64,000 nt of DNA from Burkholderiales bacterium (GCA_038316205.1 JBBQAI010000005.1:13449-77448); one strand, 5' to 3'. Shown: positions 41,641-50,738, counted from the stretch's first letter. Notes: generated by a model from the letters alone, not told the origin. Made by a program: numbers and translations.

Positions 41641-42171
41641 TCAAGGCGCGCGGGTGGCGGGCGCCGGAACCAGCACTTTCTTGATGGTGGTGGGGCGCGT
41701 GTCAAAGACGGACGTTGCCGTCGGCAGCGTCGCGCAAGCGCCTTGGCCCGCCTTTACGGTGACGCCCGTTATGGTGGCAGCGCCGCTGGTGGAAACCAAC
41801 GCGAAGTTGCTGCTGGTGCCCTGCCGACAGACCATCCAGGAGTAGGCCGACGTGCCGTAGCTGTGAGTCAACAAGGCATTCGTGTCGTTGCCGGCAACCC
41901 AGGTGCCGACGTTGGACGTTGGGTCCGTCGCATGGCCGGGACCCTGCTTCCAATCGATCAAGGTGCCGCTGCCCGCCCCTTGGTGAAATTCCTGCCAGGT
42001 GTCGGCGTTGCTCGAGCTGGCGGCGCAGACGGTGTTGCCGTTGATCAAGGCCTGCAACGCAGCACCCGTGATGCGTGTGGTGCCGCCTGGACAAGCAATC
42101 TGGGCAGACGCATGACCAGCCACCAGACCGGTTGCGGCCACCAAAGCCAGGGTGCGGATTGCGTGATGCAT
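41641..42171 (-). CDS. Hypothetical secreted protein (4 Cys)
   Basis: RBS GAGAGG; Sec signal ending ASA|Q; WQEFHQG..LIDWKQGP..VGTW. Confidence 0.75.
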   Translation of the reverse strand: MHHAIRTLALVAATGLVAGHASAQIACPGGTTRITGAALQALINGNTVCAASSSNADTWQEFHQGAGSGTLIDWKQGPGHATDPTSNVGTWVAGNDTNALLTHSYGTSAYSWMVCRQGTSSNFALVSTSGAATITGVTVKAGQGACATLPTATSVFDTRPTTIKKVLVPAPATRAP

Positions 42172-42317
42172 GGCAGACCTCTCAAGAAGACAAATTTGTG
42201 AGCGAGTCTAGGCGCTGGACGCTGAATTGCCACCAGCGCGCCCCCCCCTCGATCAGGGGCGTATCCGTCACCCGACCGGGGCCGCCCGGCAATATTTCGC
42301 GTCGCGATGGCCGACCG

Positions 42318-43592
42318 TCAAACCAGCACTTCGGCACAGGCCGGGTGGCCCAGAAAACCGTGCGGGCTGGCGCTGGCGCCGTAAGCGCCCGACTGGTAGA
42401 CGACCACCAGGTCGCCTTCTTGCGCCACCGCCAGCGGCATGCGGTCGGCCAACAGGTCCAGCGGCGTGCACAGCGGGCCGACGACGCTGGCCACCTCGCG
42501 CGCCGTGTCGTTCATGCGGTTGGCGATGGCCACCGGGTGGTTGCGCCGCAGCACCTGGCCGAAGTTGCCCGAGGCCGACAGGTGGTGGTGCAGCCCGCCA
42601 TCGACGACCAGAAAAACCTGCCCGCGCGAGACCTTGCGGTCGATGACCCGGGCGACGTAAACACCGGCCTCGCCCACCAGATACCGGCCCAGTTCCAGCA
42701 CCAGCGCCGCCTGCGGCAAATCCTGGCGCGCACGTTCGACCAGGCTGGTCAGCACGGCCGCAACCGGCGCCAGGTCCAGCCGCGTTTCACCGGGGAAATA
42801 CGGGATGCCGAAGCCGCCGCCCAGGTTCAACGTCAGCACCGGCTGCGGCGCGTGTTCGGCCAGGCGCAGCGCCAACTCGAAGCTCAGCGTCTGCGCCTGC
42901 GCGATGGCAGCGGCGCGCAGGTTCTGTGAACCGGCGTAAAGGTGAAAACCTTCGAAGGCCAGGCCCAGTTGGCCGATGCGCGTCAGCAGCGCGGGCACGG
43001 CCTCGGCATCGACGCCGAAAGGCTTGGGGCCGCCGCCCATCTTCATGCCCGAACCCTTCAATTCGAAGTCGGTGTTGACGCGCACGGCCACGCGGGCCGG
43101 CAGGCCCAGCGCCTGCGAAGCCGCCGCCAGCACCGGCAGTTCGCGCGGCGATTCCACATTCACCAGCACACCGGCGCGCACCGCTGCTTGCAGTTCGGCG
43201 TCGCGCTTGCCCGGCCCGGCGAAGCTGATGTGGCGGGGCGCTGCGCCAGCGGCCAGCGCCACCTGCAGTTCACCGGCCGAGGCCACGTCAATGCCGTCCA
43301 CCAGTCCGGCCATCAGCTGGACGACGGCCGGCAGCGGGTTGGCTTTCATCGCGTAATGCAGCAACAGGCCGGCCGGGAGCGCGGCGCGCAGGTCGGCCAC
43401 GCGGGCCTGCATCAAGCGGCTGTCGTAGGCGTAAAAGGGCGTCTGGCCGACCTGCGCGGCCAGTGCGCTGACGGTGTGTCCGCCGACCACCAGTTCACCG
43501 TCGCGCACCGCGAACTGGTCCATCGCGGCGTGCACGGGTGCAGCGGGTGCAGCGGGTGCTGCGGGTGCTGCGGATACGGGCGACGGGTTCAT
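42318..43592 (-). CDS. PLP-dependent decarboxylase, exosortase A/PEP-CTERM system-associated (LysA-fold, group IV)
   Basis: HYAMKANP (PLP Lys), FHLYAGSQ, LGGGF, ELGRY, GPLCTPLD, GAYG; coupled to the AMP ligase. Confidence 0.88.
   Translation of the reverse strand: MNPSPVSAAPAAPAAPAAPVHAAMDQFAVRDGELVVGGHTVSALAAQVGQTPFYAYDSRLMQARVADLRAALPAGLLLHYAMKANPLPAVVQLMAGLVDGIDVASAGELQVALAAGAAPRHISFAGPGKRDAELQAAVRAGVLVNVESPRELPVLAAASQALGLPARVAVRVNTDFELKGSGMKMGGGPKPFGVDAEAVPALLTRIGQLGLAFEGFHLYAGSQNLRAAAIAQAQTLSFELALRLAEHAPQPVLTLNLGGGFGIPYFPGETRLDLAPVAAVLTSLVERARQDLPQAALVLELGRYLVGEAGVYVARVIDRKVSRGQVFLVVDGGLHHHLSASGNFGQVLRRNHPVAIANRMNDTAREVASVVGPLCTPLDLLADRMPLAVAQEGDLVVVYQSGAYGASASPHGFLGHPACAEVLV
43535..43570. 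repeat. In-frame 9-bp tandem array CGGGTGC(A/T)G x4 (AAP repeats at the decarboxylase N-terminus)
   Basis: Read directly. Confidence 0.85.
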
Positions 43593-45310
43593 CGCCAGTC
43601 GGCCACGATCTGGCGGCGGTCCAGCTTGCCGTTGGGGTTGCGCGGTAGCGCGGCGGCGGCCACCACGATGCCGGCCGGCACCATGTAGGCGGGCATCTGC
43701 AAACGGCAGACCGCCAGCAGCGCGGGCACGTCCAGCACTTCGGTGCCGGCCGGCGGCGTGGCCACCACCTGGATGGCCTGGCCCAGCGCGGCGTCGTCAA
43801 CACCGAAGGCCACACATTCGCCGACCAGGCCGCTGGCGTGCAGCACGGCTTCCACCTCGGTCGGGCTGACGCGGTAGCCCGAAGTCTTGATCATCTCGTC
43901 GCGCCGGCCGACGAAGTACAGAAAGCCGTCGGCGTCGCGGCGCACGGTGTCGCCCGAATAGACCGCGATCTCGGGCAGCTGCAAGCCCCCGCCGATCGCG
44001 GCCTCGCCACCCACCAGCCCAGCCTGCAAGGCGCGGTAGCGCAGGGCTGTCTTTTCGGCGTCGCCCCAGTAGCCCAAGCCAACCAGCGGCCCGCGGTGCA
44101 CCAGTTCACCCGGCTCGTTGTCGGCGCACAGGCTGCCGTCGTCGCGCAGCACCAGCACTTCGGCGTTGGGGATGGCACGGCCGATGGAATCGGGCCGGCG
44201 GTCGATTTCATCGGGCGGCAGATAAGTCGAGCGGAAAGCCTCGGTCAGGCCGTACATCAGGAAGGGCTGTGCACGCGGCACGCGGTGGCGGATGGCGGCC
44301 AGCGTTTCCAGCGGCATGCGCCCGCCGGTGGTGGCGAAATAACGCAGGTGTTCGCCGATGGCCGGCGGCCAGTCCAGCGCGGCCAGTTGCATGTAGAGCG
44401 GCGGCACCGCCGTCAGGCCGGTGACCCGTTCACGCTCCAGCGCCTGCAGCACGTCGCGCGGCACCAGGTGGTTCAGCAAGACCACGCGGGCACCGGCATG
44501 GAAGGCTGTCGTCAACTGGCTGAAGCCGGCGTCGAAGGACAGCGGCAGCACGGCCAGCAGGGTGTCGTCGGCCGCGTTGTCCAGGTACTGCGCCACGCTG
44601 GTGGCACCGACCACCAAATTGCGGTGGCTGAGCACCACGCCCTTGGGCGCGCCGCTGCTGCCCGAGGTGTAGAGGATGGCCGCCATGTCGCTGTCGATGA
44701 CGCGGTGGCCGGCGCACGGCGCGCTGGCCAGCAGCTCGGCCCAGTGCAGCATCGACAAGGTTGCTGGCAAGGCCGCCGACCACCGTCCGGACGCAGCCGG
44801 CCGCGCCGTCAGGACGAGACGGCGCAACGCCGGCAGCGCCGCCCACAGCCCTTCCAGCAAGGCCGCGCGCTCGGGCGTGCTCAGCAGCGCGCAGGCACCC
44901 GAGTCGCGCAGGATGTGCGCGACCTGGGCCGGTTTCAGCAAAGGGTTGATGGGGACGAAAACCGCGCCGGCCGCCGCCGCTGCGAAGCACAGCACCACGG
45001 TCTCGGGCCGCTTGTCCAGCCACACAGCCACGCGCTCGCCGCGCTGCACCCCCTGCTGCAGCAGGCCGGCGGCCACGGCTTGTATGGCGCAGGCCAAGGT
45101 CGCGTAGTCCAAAGTCTGCACCCCCGAAGTCAGTGCAGGCGCCAGCGGCGTGCGCTCGGCGGCCAACAGGATCAGGTCGGCCAACAAGCGCGGCTCGCGC
45201 GGTCGGGCTAGGGTCTGCGTCGGCAAGCGGTGGGTGGTGCTGTTGGGGTTTGGAGGCGCTGCAAAACCGGATTGTGGCGGCAGCCCTGGCACCCGTGCCG
45301 GCGGCGTCAA
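43589..45310 (-). CDS. Acyl-CoA ligase (AMP-forming), exosortase A system-associated; start uncertain
   Basis: YTSGSSGAPKG, LPLSFDAG, MYGLTEAFRS, SGD, KTSGYRVSPTEVE, NGKLDR. Confidence 0.88.
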   Translation of the reverse strand: MTPPARVPGLPPQSGFAAPPNPNSTTHRLPTQTLARPREPRLLADLILLAAERTPLAPALTSGVQTLDYATLACAIQAVAAGLLQQGVQRGERVAVWLDKRPETVVLCFAAAAAGAVFVPINPLLKPAQVAHILRDSGACALLSTPERAALLEGLWAALPALRRLVLTARPAASGRWSAALPATLSMLHWAELLASAPCAGHRVIDSDMAAILYTSGSSGAPKGVVLSHRNLVVGATSVAQYLDNAADDTLLAVLPLSFDAGFSQLTTAFHAGARVVLLNHLVPRDVLQALERERVTGLTAVPPLYMQLAALDWPPAIGEHLRYFATTGGRMPLETLAAIRHRVPRAQPFLMYGLTEAFRSTYLPPDEIDRRPDSIGRAIPNAEVLVLRDDGSLCADNEPGELVHRGPLVGLGYWGDAEKTALRYRALQAGLVGGEAAIGGGLQLPEIAVYSGDTVRRDADGFLYFVGRRDEMIKTSGYRVSPTEVEAVLHASGLVGECVAFGVDDAALGQAIQVVATPPAGTEVLDVPALLAVCRLQMPAYMVPAGIVVAAAALPRNPNGKLDRRQIVADWR

Positions 45311-45329
45311 ACCGGGCGCCGAGCAGTGC

Positions 45330-45345
45330 CGTGAACCAAGTCACG
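45330..45345. promoter_or_regulatory. CRP/FNR-family-like palindrome CGTGA-N6-TCACG in the ligase/ACP divergent region
   Basis: CGTGA ACCAAG TCACG; a TATACT -10-like box lies at 45408-45413. Confidence 0.55.
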
Positions 45346-45434
45346 GGGGTCGGCCCGGCACCGGCGCCGCAGGCCGCGCCACCCCCGGTTGCGCCAGATG
45401 TGCAACCTATACTGACCGTTAGCCTGAAAGGGGC

Positions 45435-45692
45435 ATGGCGGTGGATGTTCTGCCTCACGTGATACAGGTATTGGACGAAGTGTTGGCCCTGGGTGGCCGG
45501 GGCTTGGCGTTCACGCGGCTGACGCCTTTGCTGGGCGCTGTGCCCGAGCTCGATTCGATGGCGGTCGTGGCCTTGATCACCACGCTGGAAGAGCGCCTGG
45601 GCATCGAATTGCCCGACGACGAAATCGACGCGCAGGCCTTCGCCACCGTCGGTGCGCTGGCCGACTTCGTCAGCGCCCACAGCGGCACCTGA
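45435..45692 (+). CDS. Acyl carrier protein
   Basis: 85 aa, acidic, ELDSMAVV phosphopantetheine Ser motif, LEERLGI, F.TVG.L. Confidence 0.92.
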   Translation: MAVDVLPHVIQVLDEVLALGGRGLAFTRLTPLLGAVPELDSMAVVALITTLEERLGIELPDDEIDAQAFATVGALADFVSAHSGT

Positions 45693-45699
45693 AGCGCAC

Positions 45700-46575
45700 G
45701 TGGCTCTGGCGACCCTAGCCTTCATGCTGCCCGCCGGGGCCGGCAGCGACGAGCACCTGATGGCCTTGTGGCACGCCCCGGCGTCTACCACCGAAATGCG
45801 CGGCGTGGTGCTCTACGTCCACCCCTTCGCCGAAGAGATGAACAAGACGCGCCGCATGGCCGCGCTGCAGGCGCGCGCGCTGGCGGCCGCAGGCTACGGC
45901 GTGCTGCAGATCGACCTCAAGGGCTGTGGCGACAGCAGCGGCGAATTCGGTGACGCCAGCTGGGCCGATTGGGTCTCGAACGTGCACACTGCCGTGCGCT
46001 GGTTGGGCGCCAAGAGCCCCGCGCCGCTGACCCTGTGGGGCTTGCGCGCCGGCTGCCTGGTGTTGGCTGACGCGGCCGCGCAAATGCCCGACGAGACCTG
46101 CAGTTTCGTGTTCTGGCAGCCCACGCCCCAAGGTGCCCCGGTGCTGCGCCAGCTGCTGCGCACTGCTGCGGCGGCGGCCTTTTTGGACGGTGGCGGCAAG
46201 GGCGTGGTGGACGGCCTGCGCAAACGCCTGGCCGCCGGGCAGGCCATCGAGGTGGGCGGTTACCGCGTCCACCCCGCGCTGGCCGCCGGGCTGGAACAGG
46301 CACGCTTGCCGGTGCCGGCGCGCCTGAACCGCCTGGTCTGGCTGGAAGTCAGCGCGGTGGCCGGGCCCGCAGCCAGCCACCCGCCACTGACGCCGGCCAG
46401 CATCAGCGCGTCGGCACCGTGGCGCCAGGCAGCCGCCAGCTTCGAGGTGCGCTTGATCCCTGGCCCACCCTTCTGGCAGACCGCCGAGATCGAAACCGCG
46501 TCGGCCTTGATCGAGGCCACGCTGGCAGCAATGCAGCCGGCTGTCGCTGAGCCTGCGTCCGGCCTTTTGGTATGA
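45700..46575 (+). CDS. Alpha/beta hydrolase 'hydrolase 2', exosortase A system-associated
   Basis: HPFAEEMNKTRRM, DLKGCGDSSG, WGLRAG, GPPFWQT. Confidence 0.85.
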   Translation: MALATLAFMLPAGAGSDEHLMALWHAPASTTEMRGVVLYVHPFAEEMNKTRRMAALQARALAAAGYGVLQIDLKGCGDSSGEFGDASWADWVSNVHTAVRWLGAKSPAPLTLWGLRAGCLVLADAAAQMPDETCSFVFWQPTPQGAPVLRQLLRTAAAAAFLDGGGKGVVDGLRKRLAAGQAIEVGGYRVHPALAAGLEQARLPVPARLNRLVWLEVSAVAGPAASHPPLTPASISASAPWRQAAASFEVRLIPGPPFWQTAEIETASALIEATLAAMQPAVAEPASGLLV

Positions 46576-47483
46576 CGATGGTCCAGCCTGTCGCCCAACC
46601 TGTCATCGACACCCCGCTGGTCTTCGCCCTGGACGACGACACGCTGGTCGGCGTGCTATCAGCACCTGCAGGCGCCGCGCACCCCACCGCGATGCTGGTC
46701 GTGGTCGGCGGCCCGCAGGTGCGCACCGGCAGCCACCGCCACTTCGTGCAACTGGCCCGCCACCTGGCCGCGCAGGGCCATGCCGTGTTGCGCTTCGATG
46801 TGCGCGGCATGGGCGACAGCAGCGGCACGCCGGCCGGCTTCGAACAGTTGCACGACGACATCGCCGCCGCTGTCGGCGAACTGCAGCGCCAGCGCCCCGA
46901 GGTGCAGCGCGTGGTGCTGTGGGGCTTGTGCGACGGTGCCTCGGCGGCTCTGCTTTATCTGCAGCAGACCCACGACCCGCGCATCAGCGGCCTGGTGCTG
47001 CTGAACCCCTGGGTGCGCACGCCCGAAACCCTGGCCCGCGCCACGTTGCGCCACTACTACGTGCAGCGCCTGATGCAGCCCGGCTTCTGGCGCAAGCTGG
47101 TCGGTGGCAGCGTGGGCCTGGGCGCCGTGCGCGGCTGGTGGCTCAACTTCCAGACCGCCCGACAGCAGGTGCGCCGTTCACGTGGCGCCGAGAGCGTGCA
47201 TTTTGCTGCGCGCATGGCCGAGGGCTGGCGCGGTTTTCACGGTCCCATCTTGCTGCTGCTGTCGGGCGACGACGTCACCGCCCACGAATTCGCCGGCCAC
47301 GCCGGCAGCGACAGCCACTGGCGCGGCGCACTGGCCATGCCGCACGTACGGCGCATCGACTTGCCCACCGCCGACCACACCTTTTCCGACGCCGAAACCG
47401 GGCCACAGGTGCTGGCGCTGACGCTGGACTGGCTGCGCAGCATCAGCAGCGGTACAGGCACCGGCAGCGCCACCCTGCGGTGA
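46572..47483 (+). CDS. Alpha/beta hydrolase 'hydrolase 1', exosortase A system-associated
   Basis: VVVGGPQVRTGSHR, RFDVRGMGDS, WGLCDGAS, LLNPWVR, ADHTFS. Confidence 0.87.
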   Translation: MTMVQPVAQPVIDTPLVFALDDDTLVGVLSAPAGAAHPTAMLVVVGGPQVRTGSHRHFVQLARHLAAQGHAVLRFDVRGMGDSSGTPAGFEQLHDDIAAAVGELQRQRPEVQRVVLWGLCDGASAALLYLQQTHDPRISGLVLLNPWVRTPETLARATLRHYYVQRLMQPGFWRKLVGGSVGLGAVRGWWLNFQTARQQVRRSRGAESVHFAARMAEGWRGFHGPILLLLSGDDVTAHEFAGHAGSDSHWRGALAMPHVRRIDLPTADHTFSDAETGPQVLALTLDWLRSISSGTGTGSATLR

Positions 47484-48664
47484 GCCTGGCGCTGAAGACC
47501 ATGGCCACGGCCACTCACGAGCGGCGAGATGGGCCGGGCAGCCACACCGGCACGGCTCAGACGTGCGGCGATTTCACGGCCCTGCCCAACGATGTGCGCG
47601 CGCTGCTGGACGCCGCCGGCGCCACCGACTTCCAAAGCAGCACGGCCTGGTGGACCCACTTCGTGCAGACCGTCGATGTCGGCGCCGCCCTGCCGCAGTT
47701 GCGCATCTGGCGTGCGGGTCAGCATGACGGTGGGCTTGACGCCGGACCTGTGCTGGCGGTGTTGCCAGTGCTGCTGTACCAGCAAGGCGGGCGGGTCACG
47801 GCCCTGGGCAACTACTACACCACGCGCTACGCGCCGGTGCTGGCCGACGGCTTGAGCACCGAGCAGGCCACCGCCGCCCTGCAAGGCCTGCTGGCCGCCT
47901 TGCTGCGCGACGCGCCGCACCTGCACACCCTGCGCTTCGAACCACTGGAAGCCGGCTCGCTGGCCGAGACCGCACTGCGCCGCGCGCTGCAAAACCAGGG
48001 CTGCGCGGTGTTCGGTTTCCACGCCTTCCAGAACTGGTTGTTGCCCGTCACCAGCGGCTGGCCAGCCTACCTGGCCGCGCGTGACGGCCAGCTGCGCACG
48101 ACGCTGGCCCGCATGGGCAAACGCTTTGCGGCACGCGGTGGCCGGCTGGAACTGGTGCAAGGCGAGACCGAGCGCATGGACGCCGCCATCCAGGCCTACG
48201 AAACCGTCTACGCCGCCAGTTGGAAAGACCCCGAGCCGCACCCGCGCTTCATGCCCGGTTTGATCCGCGCCGCCGCGCACAGCGGCGTGCTGCGCCTGGG
48301 CATCGCATGGCTGGGTGATATGCCGGTCGCGGCCCAGGTGTGGATGGTGGCCGGCGGCCGCGCCGACATCTACAAACTGGCCCACGACGAAGGCCACAAA
48401 GAGACATCGCCCGGCAGCCTGTTGACGGCCATGTTGATGCAGCACGCCTTCGAGCAAGACCGTGTGACGGTGGTGGACTACCTCAGCGGCGACGACGGCT
48501 ACAAGCGCCTGTGGATGAGCGAAGTGCGCGAGCGCACGGGTCTGGTCGCCTACCGCTTGCGCACGCCGCGCGGCCTGCTGGGTGCAGCGCGCGCGGTGGC
48601 CGGTGTTTGGCTGCGCGCCTTGCGGGGCAAGCCGGCAACGCCATCGCCATCGCCATCGCCATGA
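47480..48664 (+). CDS. GNAT-family acyltransferase (CelD/BcsL, Acetyltransf_6-like); alternative start ATG 47501
   Basis: LGNYYT, SWKDPEP, YKLAHDE, SPGSLL, DYLSGDDGYKRLW. Confidence 0.82.
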   Translation: MSLALKTMATATHERRDGPGSHTGTAQTCGDFTALPNDVRALLDAAGATDFQSSTAWWTHFVQTVDVGAALPQLRIWRAGQHDGGLDAGPVLAVLPVLLYQQGGRVTALGNYYTTRYAPVLADGLSTEQATAALQGLLAALLRDAPHLHTLRFEPLEAGSLAETALRRALQNQGCAVFGFHAFQNWLLPVTSGWPAYLAARDGQLRTTLARMGKRFAARGGRLELVQGETERMDAAIQAYETVYAASWKDPEPHPRFMPGLIRAAAHSGVLRLGIAWLGDMPVAAQVWMVAGGRADIYKLAHDEGHKETSPGSLLTAMLMQHAFEQDRVTVVDYLSGDDGYKRLWMSEVRERTGLVAYRLRTPRGLLGAARAVAGVWLRALRGKPATPSPSPSP

Positions 48665-49611
48665 CGACCGTCAGCGTCGTCATCCCCGGCTACAACTGCG
48701 CGGCCTACATCGGGCAGACGCTGGCCAGCGTGCTGGCCCAGCCGGTTGACGGCCTGGAAGTGCTGCTGGTGGACGACGGCTCCACCGACGACACCGTGGC
48801 CATCGCCATCGCCTGCGCGCAAGGCTTGAACGACCCGCGCCTGCGCGTCATCCAGCTGGCCAACGGCGGTGTCTGCAAGGCGCGCAACCGCGGCATCGCC
48901 GAGGCGCGCGGCAGCTACATCTGCCTGCTCGACCACGACGACTGGTGGTACCCGCACAAGCTGCCGCGCCAGCTGGAAGAGATGGCCCGCCACCCCGAGG
49001 CCGGGGTTGTCTTCAGCACCTTCGAGCGATGGTTTCCGAACGCCACGGACGGCCGCTTTCCAGCCCCCGAGTCCGTCGATGTCAGCGCCACGCCCGACGA
49101 CATCGACCCCGACTTTTCGGGCTGGATCCACCACCAGTTCCTGCTGGACTGCTGGATGCTGACCAGCACCTCGATGTTCAGGCGCGAGGTCTTCGAGCGT
49201 TGCGGCACCTTCGACGAAAGCCTGCCTTTTAGCGAAGACTGGGACCTGTGGCTGCGCGTGGCGCGCGAATTTCAATTCATTCAATTGCGCCGCCCGACCA
49301 CGCTCTACCGCATGCACGCCAGCCAGGGCAGCGGCTACCACCGGCCGGTGGATTACCGCACCCGGCTGCTGGAACGCACGGCCGCCGAACACGGCTTATC
49401 CAGCCGCGACGGGCGCACCATCACGCGGCAGCAGTTCAACCACCAACTGGCGCGCTACCACGCCGATTTCGCCCGCGGCGAATTGCACGCAGGGCGCCGC
49501 CGCAGCGCGCTGGCGGGCTACAGCCGCGCCTGGCGCTTGCACCCGCTGCGCTGGAAGTACCCGGTGTACCTGGCGGCGGTGCTGGGTGGCTGGCAGGGGC
49601 GCGAGCTGTGA
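48661..49611 (+). CDS. Glycosyltransferase family 2
   Basis: VSVVIPGYN, VDDGSTD, ARNRG, LDHDD, EDWDLWLR. Confidence 0.93.
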   Translation: MTTVSVVIPGYNCAAYIGQTLASVLAQPVDGLEVLLVDDGSTDDTVAIAIACAQGLNDPRLRVIQLANGGVCKARNRGIAEARGSYICLLDHDDWWYPHKLPRQLEEMARHPEAGVVFSTFERWFPNATDGRFPAPESVDVSATPDDIDPDFSGWIHHQFLLDCWMLTSTSMFRREVFERCGTFDESLPFSEDWDLWLRVAREFQFIQLRRPTTLYRMHASQGSGYHRPVDYRTRLLERTAAEHGLSSRDGRTITRQQFNHQLARYHADFARGELHAGRRRSALAGYSRAWRLHPLRWKYPVYLAAVLGGWQGREL

Positions 49612-50738
49612 ACCACACGACTGCACCGGCTCTGCCAGCGTCATCGCCGTCGGGCATGAAACCCGAGTTGTCGCTGTACCTGGACGTGGTGCGCTTTTTC
49701 GCCGCGCTGGTCGTCTTCGTCTCGCACTTCGCGCTGCACAGGCTGAGCGGCGGCTTTCTGTGGCAACTCAATCCCTACGGGTACGAAGCGGTGACCGTGT
49801 TCTTCGTGCTGTCGGGCTTTGTCATCGCCTACGCCACCAGCACGCGTGAGCGCGACGCCGCCACCTATGCCATCAGCCGTGCCGCGCGCATCTATTCGGT
49901 GGCCGTGCCGGCGCTGCTGTTGACCGTGGTACTCGACGCCATCGGCAGCCGGCTTCAACCGGAGCTGTACAGCGCGGGCTGGGGCTATGTGCCGGACCAC
50001 ACGCTGTGGCGCTTCTTCGCGGGCCTGAGCTTTTGCAACGAGCTGTGGGCCTTGAACGTGGTGCAAGGCTCCAACGCGGCCTACTGGTCGATGGGCTATG
50101 AAGTGCCCTACTACGTGATCTTCGGCCTGGCCTTGTACGCGCCGGCGCGCTGGCGTGTGGCCGCGGTGGCGCTGGCGCTGCTGGTGGCGGGGCCGGCCAT
50201 CGTGCTCTTGCTGCCGATCTGGTTGATGGGTGTCGCCGCCTACCGCTACACCCAACGCCATGTTCTGTCGGTGCAACGCGGCCGGCAGCTGTTTTTCGGA
50301 TCGCTGGCGGTCTGGCTGCTGTACGAAGTGGCCGTGCTGCACTGGGGCCGACCCGACTTGCCCGTCAACGCGGTGTTCAAGCGCCACCAGGTGCTGCAGG
50401 ACTATGTCATCGGCATCTGCTTCACTGCCAACATCGTCGGCTTCAACGCGGCGGCACCGGCATTGGGCGCGATGTTGCTGCGGCACGCCACGGCTATACG
50501 CTGGGTGGCCGGCGCCACCTTCACGCTGTACCTGTGCCACTTTTCTATCGCCCAGTTTCTGCTGGCCTGCATGCCCTGGCCCGCCGAAGACGCACGCAGC
50601 CGGGTGCTGGTTTTCAGCGGCACCTTGCTGGCCGTTTTCGCGCTGGCCGCCGTGACCGAGCGTCGCAAGAGACTCTGGCGCGGTTGGTTCGAAGACATGC
50701 ACGGTGCCGTCTTCAAACGCCCGAGTTCCACCAGCTAA
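49608..50738 (+). CDS. Acyltransferase family 3 (OafA-like O-acyltransferase); alternative start ATG 49656
   Basis: LDVVRFFAALVVFVSH, FFVLSGFVI, RAARIY, YWSMGYE, TFTLYLCH. Confidence 0.9.
   Translation: MNHTTAPALPASSPSGMKPELSLYLDVVRFFAALVVFVSHFALHRLSGGFLWQLNPYGYEAVTVFFVLSGFVIAYATSTRERDAATYAISRAARIYSVAVPALLLTVVLDAIGSRLQPELYSAGWGYVPDHTLWRFFAGLSFCNELWALNVVQGSNAAYWSMGYEVPYYVIFGLALYAPARWRVAAVALALLVAGPAIVLLLPIWLMGVAAYRYTQRHVLSVQRGRQLFFGSLAVWLLYEVAVLHWGRPDLPVNAVFKRHQVLQDYVIGICFTANIVGFNAAAPALGAMLLRHATAIRWVAGATFTLYLCHFSIAQFLLACMPWPAEDARSRVLVFSGTLLAVFALAAVTERRKRLWRGWFEDMHGAVFKRPSSTS

Noticed and set aside
41641-41670. C-terminal VPAPAT of the secreted protein resembles the start of a PEP-CTERM sorting signal
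   Set aside because: It stops three residues later, and none of the three downstream frames gives a hydrophobic helix plus basic tail.
42318-43592. Calling the decarboxylase lysA
   Set aside because: Same fold, but the MGGGPKPFG and HHHLSASGNFGQV motifs and coupling to the AMP ligase indicate the exosortase-associated family.
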